From Eledone cirrhosa (lineage: Eukaryota): a stretch of 64,000 nucleotides of DNA. The notes under the pieces were generated by a model. The model was not told the DNA's origin and made no database searches. It saw only the letters and a list, made by a program, of their open reading frames with translations. Both the position numbers and the translations under genes were made by a program. The DNA is taken from NCBI GenBank assembly GCA_964016885.1, contig CAXHJY010000271.1:1-64000 (forward strand), written 5' to 3'. Of this stretch, positions 54,847-64,000 are shown one piece after another (the stretch's first letter is position 1; each line of letters opens with the position of its first letter).

Positions 54847-56877
54847 TGGATTACAATACAAAACCTCTGAGAATGATTTCTAAGATATTTCACCATAATT
54901 AATTTTCATCAATATATATTAATATTATTATTGTTTATTAGGTCAGGTGGATTGGCCAGAACAATTCTACTCTTCTTTTTTAGATGTCACGATTTTTCAT
55001 GGCATTCCTGAGATCATTAATCTCCAGCTGGAGATCCAGAGACATCTGATGTATGTAGGTGAACCTCAGTCATCCCACTTGGCTCTTACTATGTTTAGGT
55101 ATCCACCACAGGAGCCAGCTCATCAGGTCATCCTACCCTCAGCAGCAATGTCCAGCATCTATTGATTTCCGCTCCCTAGTTATTGTGGTAATCTTCGATA
55201 TCTGGGAATATATTTCTTCTGCTTAAGGGAGTAATAAATATATAGTTTTAAAAAAAACATATATATACACACACATATATATATGTTGTCATTTATAAGA
55301 GTTCTCTATCAAAAGCCTTCTCTATGTCCAAAGCTAAGTATAGTGGCTTATTTTTCTCTAAGAACCTCTTTTGTAGTTGTCTCACTAAGAAGAGGGCATC
55401 TGTTGCACTTTTCAGCAGCACAAAACCAAACTGCATCTCATACACATACATACATATACATACATACATACATACATATACACATACATACATACATCAT
55501 CATCATCATCATCATCATCATTTCGTTTTAAGTCCGCTTTTTCCCTGCTTGCAAGGGTGGGACGGGAACTGATTCTGGCTTGATTTCTACAGCTGGATGC
55601 CCTTCCTAACACCAACCTCATTTACAGTGAGTGCTGAGTGCTTTTTTGCCGTGGCACCTCCACGACCACTTTGCAGTGGAATGATATGGACCCCAGTCCC
55701 TATCATCTCATTTCTACAGCTGAGTAAACTGGAGCAATGTGAAATAAAGTGTCTTGCTCAAGGAAACAACAGATCACCCGGTCTGAGAATTGAACTCACA
55801 ACCTTTCGATTGCCAGGCCAATGCTCGAACCACTAAGCCATGTGCCTCCATATACATATACATATACATATACATACACATACATATATATATACATACA
55901 TACATATATACACATACATACATACACATACATACACATATACATACATATACATACATAGATATATATATATACATAATATAAATATACATACATACAC
56001 ATACATAAGCATATACACATAAGTATATATACATATACACACGTATATATACATATACATACATACATATATACACATACATACATATATACATACATAC
56101 ACACATATATACATATACACATACATACATATACATACATATACACATACATACATATATATATATATACATACACACACATATATACATACACACACAT
56201 ATATACAAACACATACATATACACATATATACACATACATACACATACATATACACATATACACTCATATATACATATACATACATACACACACATACAT
56301 ACATATATACATATACATACATAAAGACAAATCCACCTCATGGACGAGAATGCAAGGGCTCCTCCTCTTTGTTTCGGCCGCGGATGGCTAACCCTAACCC
56401 CTTCCCCGCTCCCCACCGCTCCCAACCTCCAAACGCAATCCAAAACTTCAGAGTTGGTACCATTAATGTAGGCACCTTATAGGGTGGCTCTAACGAGGTT
56501 GTAGAAATGCTTGAACGTAAGGAGGTCGATGTTTGTTGTATTCAAGAGACCAGGTGGAGGGGTGGGTCTGCTAGATTCATCGTGGGTAAAGAACGATGCT
56601 ATAAGCTTTTCTGTGTGGCAAATGACAATGGGCTGGGTATACACATACCACCCCACCACCCCACCGCAAAGTGGTCGTGGAGGCGCCGCGGCAAAAAAGC
56701 ACCCAGCCCACACTGTAAAGCTGACGTGGAGGTGCCACGGAAAAAAAAAAGCACCCAGCACTCACTGCAAACGGGGTTGGCGTCAGGAAGGGCACCCAGC
56801 TGTAGAAACCAATCCAGAATCAGCTCCCACCCCACCCTTGCAAGCATGGAAAAGCGGACGTATTATGAAGTTGATAT

Positions 56878-56934
<57 letters not shown>

Positions 56935-56977
56935 TATATATATACACATATATATATATACACACATATATATCAGT

Positions 56978-58902
56978 CATCATCATCACCGTTTTACGTC
57001 CGTTCTTCCACGCTAGCATGGGTTAGACGGGTTGTCCTGTTGTGGGCAGTGTCTGGTCGGCTGACCATGCCTTGCTCATACAGGAACTGATCTGGCTTGA
57101 TTTCTACAGCTGGATGCCCTTCCTAACACCAACCTCATTTACAGTGAGTGCTGGGTGCTTTTTCGTGGCGCCTACACGTCCACTTTACAGTGTGGGCTGG
57201 GTGCTTTTTTGCCGTGGCACCTCCACGACCACCTTGCGGTGGGGGGGGGGGCATATTGTTTATATGCTTCAGCATGTACCCATGGGAGGTCGGGTACCCT
57301 GTATTACTGCGTGACGCCAGAAGTCACGGTCGTGTGTCATTGACTTTGAGAGGTGTAGTTGGGTAAGGTCGGCTTTTATCACCTCATCCCAAGTCATCTT
57401 GGGTCTCCCCACTCCGCGGTTTCCATCAACTTCTAGTGCTCTGCACCTTTTTATGCAGCTGTCATCCTTCATACGCATCACATGTCCATACCAGCGTAAC
57501 CGCCTCTCCTGCACGCAGCATTTGATTCCTCTTATGCTCAGTCTCTCTCTCAATTCATTTATGCTTTGTCGTTCACGTATATTACTGTTACACATCCATC
57601 GGAGCATGCAGGCTTCGTTTCTCTCTAATCTACGTAGGTCTTCCACCTTCAGCGCCCAGGTCTCACTACCATGCAACATCGCTGTTCGGATACACGCATC
57701 ATACAGTCTGCCTTTCATTCTGAGGGAGAAGCCTTTTGCAGCTAGCAGTGGTAGTAGTTCCCTAAACTTCTTCCATCCCGTTCTTACCCTAGTTATTGTA
57801 CTTTCTGAGCACCCACCTCCGTTGCTAATTCGGTCACCTAGGTAGCAGAAGCTGTCTACTGTTTCTACAGGGCCCTCCCAGAGATTGGTGGTACTTGTTT
57901 CCTGTGGCTGTTTGCTTGCTGTTTCAGCACAGCTGCTGCATGTGAATCCTACATTCTTAATTAAGCTTCCTGAGATCCCGCTACATCTCTTGTGTACCCA
58001 TTGTTTGCATTTGGGGCAAAGAATGGAGTTCCTACCTACACCTTTCCTACATACTGAGCAAGGCCATTTCCCTGAGGGGATCTGGGTTCTGTTTTCTCGT
58101 CTACTTATAAGGACCTTAGTCTTTGTCATGTTGACTTTGAGGCCCTTTCTCTCTAGTCCCTGCTTCCAGGTTTGGAATTTATTCTCTAGTTCTACCATAG
58201 ATTCAGCTATGAGTGCGAGGTCATCAGCATACAGGAGTTCCCATGGGCATCCGGTCTTAAACTCCTCCGTTATTGCCTGCAGGACTATGATGAACAGGAG
58301 AGGGCTAAGAACAGAGCCCTGGTGGACCCCAACCTGTACGCTAAATTCCTCGCTATACTCATTGCCAATCCTAACTTTGCTGACTGCTCCCCTATACATG
58401 GCTTGTACCGCTTTCACAAGCCATTCATCTACTCCTAGTTTTCTAAGAGCCCACCAGATTACTGCACGTGGAACTCTGTCAAAGGCTTTCTCAAGGTCGA
58501 CAAATGCCAAGTAGAGTGGCTTACTTTTAGCTAGGTACTTTTCCTGTAATTGCCTCACAAGGAAGAGCGCATCAGTGGTGCCTTTCCCTGGTACAAACCC
58601 AAATTGCATCTCGTCTATATTCACCCGGTCCCTAATCAGCTGTGCTATAACTCTTTCTGTTACTTTCATGACCTGGTCCATCAACTTTATACCTCTATAG
58701 TTTCCTCTATCTAGTGCATCGCCTTTACCTTTGTAGCAGTTGACAATGATGCTACTGCACCAATCTTTTGGTATGGCCCCCTCTAGTATTACCTGGTTAA
58801 CGATACGTGTGGTTATAGTGTGACCTACAGACCCAGATGCCTTCAGCATCTCGGCAGCTATACCCGATGGACCGGTTGCCTTCCCTATCTTCATATCTCT
58901 GA
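56978..58902 (-). mobile_element. same RTE LINE copy, unit 7 (ORF 57269-58894)
   Basis: Identical protein and junctions to the unit 3 copy. Confidence 0.94.
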
Positions 58903-60029
58903 TTAATTTTCCTTTTACATCTCTTAGAAATAACTGAAAATCTTTGGTGAGAACCCCAATGTCTATTTATCTAATATAATTAATTTAATTTAATTTAATT
59001 TAATTTTTATTTTAGTGAAACCACTGTTGTATTCAAGAGACCAGGTGGAGGGGTGGGTCTGCTAGATTCATCGTGGGTAAAGAACGGTGCTATGAACTTT
59101 TCTGGGTGGGAAATGACAATGGGCTGGGTATACACATACCACCCCACCACCCCACCGTAAAGTGGTCGTGGAGGCGCCACGGCAAAAAAGCACCCAGCCC
59201 GCTCTGTAAAGCTGACGTGGAGGTGCCACGTAAAAAAGAAAAGCACCCAGCACTCACTGCAAACTGGGTTGGCGTCAGGAAGGGCACCCAGCTGTAGAAA
59301 CCAATCCAGAATCAGCTCCCACCCCACCCTTGCAAGCATGGAAAAGCGGACGTATGATGAAGTTGATATATATATATATATATAAATGAATATTTATTCA
59401 ATTTAAAGCGCCAATTATCTATATATAACAAGATATGAATTTTTCTAGGGATGGGGAAATTTTCAGTTTGTTTTTATATTTTCACTTCATTTTTTACTTT
59501 CTATTTAATACAGTCTTTGATCCAATATAATCCTGACAGTATTTGAACCAGTTTACCTCATATATATGTATGCACACACAACACTCAAGTTTCGCCATCT
59601 ACTGCTATTTCATTCATATTTATTGTTTAATTAACTCTGGTCTAATTCATCAACTATTGTTAATTATATTATTACGTAGATTTCTTATAAAATCTAGTGC
59701 ATATATACGTGTATATATACAGGGAGACACTGTGTAATAGATGTAAAGAGAGTGGGAGATAGAGTTATAGAAGTAAAGAGAGGGAGAGAAATAAGCGGTA
59801 GATAGAGCAATAGATGTAAAGAGAGGGTTAGAACGTTCAACTTGACAGTCAGTACATATGCCAACTACCCAACCGGCCAGCCAGCCGTATTTGCGGTTGA
59901 CTGGCCAGTTGGGCGGTTGGTATGTGGAACGTTCAACTACGCAGTCAGTACCGAAGTTCAACATTGTAGCCAGTGCATATGCCGATCGCCGCGACCTCTT
60001 TGCTCTATTTAAATGACCTGGAACTAAGT

Positions 60030-60142
60030 AAAAAGAGTAGGAGATAACTCGACAAGAGCGGAGAGGGTGAGATTCGAACCATGTAAAGTCGTTGGCTCCT
60101 GAACTTCGTAAGCGGGGCTGCTACTGACTGAGCAACGCCGGC
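60030..60142 (-). ncRNA. candidate Pol III small RNA gene, copy 7
   Basis: Matches copy 2. Confidence 0.55.
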
Positions 60143-61103
60143 AGCAAGGCAAATCGCGCATAAAATAACGCTTATATCGAGAAAATAAAACAAAAATTTC
60201 AATGTTGCACTTTTGTTTGTTGTTCTTTTATTTTACGTAAACATTTCGCTGCTCTAGCCTCTTATTTCCTATTAGATTACACTTAATTCCATTAAACATT
60301 CATTCTTAGTCTCGTGGTAAACTATTTCATCTATATTTATATCGCTGTTACAGCCTTTTATTTCTACATCTATCACCTATAGCCACTGTTACGCCGGTAG
60401 TATAAGTAGCTTTATAACAAGAAACGATGATATAACTCCACAAAATGTCTTCTTGAGCAAGACACTTCACTTCATATTGCTCCAGTACACCGAGTTACAC
60501 ATAGACAGATACATACATACACATATATATGTACACAGATAGAAATAAGAGGGAGATAGAGTAAAAGATTTAAAGAGAGGGTGAGAGTGTGACACACATT
60601 TATCTGTCTATCTCTCTCTATTTTAACACCGGTCGTTATAATTAGTTTTATAACACCGCTATATTACCGACATGAAAGAGGTAAATAATTATTTCTTAAA
60701 TGTTTAGAACATGTTTCTCTTGTCTTCTTAAATGTATAGAACATGTTTCTTATTTATATTCTTAACATAGCTAGGACCTTATCTCATTTACTGGTCTCTA
60801 CTTTTAGGGCTTTGCTGGTCCCATGTGCCCTCCATGAAGACACACTCGCCCCTTCTCTCTCAGTCTCCGTACTAATTACTACACATACGTATATATATTT
60901 ATTTTAAGAAACCTTAATGACAAATAATATAAAGTGTTTGTAAAGTGGGGAAGAGTAGTTTTACGGTGGGGTTGTTATATAGATATCGTTTTTGCAGTGG
61001 GGTCGTGACTGGCGTATAATAATGAGTCACTGTTGATGTATATACAAATCATGTTTTGGATATAAGTGAAGTTATTTAAGAGATTTAGTTGTTTTGTATA
61101 CAT

Positions 61104-63047
61104 TCATAACGGTACGCGATGGGACCCATCCACAGCCCCGGCGGACAGAATTGAGAAGGCGTTTCCCCGGAGCACGGCAAGGGAGACGCGCTGGAAAAGC
61201 CACTCCAACTCGCGGGGCTCACACCTGCGGCTGGCCAGCTCAGCGCCTATGGTGGTGAGTAAGGAGGTAGCCCTGGGGCCGAGGACACCAGAAGTCTCCA
61301 CTTCCAGGGGTACGACCGCAAACCTGTCGGAGAGTGAACGATATGTGAGGAGTTTGGCCCCCTCAGCCTGACGTGCAGCAGAACCTGGGCCAGTCGCAGA
61401 CTGCACCAGGTTGCGGCTGCAGAAAGTGTCGGTGCAAGTGGCATCCCAGACGAGGGGTTTGCCACCACGGAACGGGAAGATGGTCATGCCATCTAGCCTT
61501 TTGCCGTCCCCTCGAGCTGGGAAGGGAAGCCTGCAGCGTCCAAGCCATGCTTAATGACTTCGTTGAGGGCAGCATGGCGTGGATTGCAGGTGGAGTCCGA
61601 AAGAGTCCATGGTGGAACGGCAGCGACATTGGTGTGAGGCCGAGCCTCAGGGAAACGCCGATGCGCAAGATATTGTTGTCTAGCTGCGTGCGAGTGGAGA
61701 AGGAGGGCAGGGCATGGAGCCAGGCCCCACTGTGGGGTTTGGAGGCTGCACGAAAACAAACAAGGCGGTGCTGGTCGAGCTGGCACGTGAGCCTGTCTGA
61801 GGCCAGGCTGCACTGGATGGCATCCCAAGTGTGTTGGGGGGGACTTGACGTCAACAGGGGGAGAAGGAGGAGGAACGTCTACTGGGCTAAGTCCCAGCCG
61901 GTCCCACGTCTCACAGGCGGCCACGCGTTCTCTGAACACAGAGGGTTCTGCTGAAGAGGACGTGGTACGAGGTTACCGACGAAAGATATGCCGGCAAAGC
62001 TAGTGAGATCGGGGACTGGAGGCGAAGGCCGCCATACCTGACAGGTAAAGTTGCATATCTCATCGGCTGCTGCTCGGATACAAGTTTAGGTGTAGCACAG
62101 AGTGTATAGAGGAGCTTCGGCATGGCGTAGCAGTTCCTCAGCAGAAAGAGAACTGGGTGGCCATCAATCAAGCCCAGTCGGCTCGTGAGAGTCTGGACTT
62201 GATGGAGGAGCGGGTGGATCGGTGAGGGCATCCTCTTTGGGGGGTCACCTGAACCTGGCGGAGAATGGACCGCACGTCCAAGACGGAGACTGCAAAGCTT
62301 GCAGCATCGAGGCTGACATTCACCACCTCCGACTTGGCTGAGTTGACCTGGAGGTCGATTCCCGCCAGGGCAGGAACCACCGATTGAAGGTCATGGCAGA
62401 ACGCCTGTACGGGCCCACCCAAAGTAGCATCATCCAGATACCAAACGTTGAGAGGGGCCGTTATACTCCAGGCGATGTGGTCAATACCAAGGGTGAACAG
62501 GAGGGGTCCCAAAGGGTTGCCCTGTTGGATCCCAGTAGCCAAGGGTATGACCGTATCAGCAGCATGGCGCATGCTTGGGGCTCCATATGACAGGTAGGCA
62601 GAGGGGGCTCGGCTGAGGCAGGCCTCGAGCAGATGATCCCAGCGTAAAGAGTTGAAGGCATTCCTCATGTCAAACTTGACAATGAGGTGGCTGGAGGCCC
62701 TGGATGCCGGTTCCGAGTGTTACGGACTTGCAGATTACCTTGGCAGCCAGCCTCCGGAAGACATTGCCCACAGCAATGGGGCGTATGCCATCCTCTTTCT
62801 TCCTGAGAGCGGTGAGGCTGGCCGAAAAAAAGAGGCCTCGAGCATAAGAGTCCAGGGCGCCATGGATGAGCCTATTGGTGAGCGCCACAATTGCACTCAG
62901 AAGGCGGCGCCCGGCCTCAGCGGAGAGGGGAGATATCAACTCCTTGAGGAGGCCTGGTCAGAGACCATCAACATCTCCGCAGCTGCTAGCTGGGAAGGAC
63001 CTGATGGCGGACATGATGTCTGCATCAGAAGCCACAAGGAGCAAGTG
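61104..63047 (-). mobile_element. CRE-like element copy (unit 8, same subtype as unit 6)
   Basis: Shares the 20-bp and 11-bp deletions of unit 6. Confidence 0.88.
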
Positions 63048-64000
63048 TGGATTACAATACAAAACCTCTGAGAATGATTTCTAAGATATTTCACCATAAT
63101 TAATTTTCATCAATATATATTAATATTATTATTGTTTATTAGGTCAGGTGGATTGGCCAGAACAATTCTACTCTTCTTTTTTAGATGTCACGATTTTTCA
63201 TGGCATTCCTGAGATCATTAATCTCCAGCTGGAGATCCAGAGACATCTGATGTATGTAGGTGAACCTCAGTCATCCCACTTGGCTCTTACTATGTTTAGG
63301 TATCCACCACAGGAGCCAGCTCATCAGGTCATCCTACCCTCAGCAGCAATGTCCAGCATCTATTGATTTCCGCTCCCTAGTTATTGTGGTAATCTTCGAT
63401 ATCTGGGAATATATTTCTTCTGCTTAAGGGAGTAATAAATATATAGTTTTAAAAAAAACATATATATACACACACATATATATATGTTGTCATTTATAAG
63501 AGTTCTCTATCAAAAGCCTTCTCTATGTCCAAAGCTAAGTATAGTGGCTTATTTTTCTCTAAGAACCTCTTTTGTAGTTGTCTCACTAAGAAGAGGGCAT
63601 CTGTTGCACTTTTCAGCGGCACAAAACCAAACTGCATCTCATACACATACATACATATACATACATACATACATACATATACACATACATACATACATCA
63701 TCATCATCATCATCATCATCATTTCGTTTTAAGTCCGCTTTTTCCCTGCTTGTAAGGGTGGGACGGGAACTGATTCTGGCTTGATTTCTACAGCTGGATG
63801 CCCTTCCTAACACCAACCTCATTTACAGTGAGTGCTGAGTGCTTTTTTGCCGTGGCACCTCCACGACCACTTTGCAGTGGAATGATATGGACCCCAGTCC
63901 CTATCATCTCATTTCTACAGCTGAGTAAACTGGAGCAATGTGAAATAAAGTGTCTTGCTCAAGGAAACAACACATCACCCGGTCTGAGAATTGAACTCAC

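Larger units (their letters stand above)
7896..64000. repeat. large-unit tandem array, at least 8 units starting at about 7896, 13852, 23607, 31892, 40184, 46123, 51947, 60212
   Basis: Near-identical blocks recur in the same order and orientation (e.g. the 127-aa ORF at 8842, 14773, 24525, 32818, 41110, 47015, 52872, 61104); unit lengths about 5956, 9755, 8285, 8292, 5939, 5824, 8265 and >3789 bp. Confidence 0.97.

Overview
AT-rich eukaryotic (animal) genomic DNA. The microsatellite, RTE-LINE and SINE content suggests a mollusc or cephalopod, which is inference only. I found no host protein-coding gene. Positions 1-7.9 kb are decayed retroelement debris. From about 7,896 to the window end is a head-to-tail tandem array of at least 8 units (about 5.8-5.9 kb basic, 8.3 kb long, and one 9.8 kb). 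The basic unit contains an AT-rich spacer, a dead 5'-truncated CRE-like (restriction-like-endonuclease) non-LTR retrotransposon, RTE fragments, a tRNA-headed SINE, an internally deleted RTE derivative, and a compact module that no transposon explains. That module is a 113-nt minus-strand Pol III-type unit (upstream TATAA, A box at +8, B box, T5 terminator; not a foldable tRNA). About 110 bp downstream of it is a 64-nt near-perfect hairpin set between two ~56-bp direct repeats. The module occurs 7 times and survives every unit rearrangement, so the best hypothesis is a tandem array of an unidentified small-RNA gene with transposon relics as passengers. Expression is unproven. Almost all short ORFs in the track are microsatellite or antisense artefacts.
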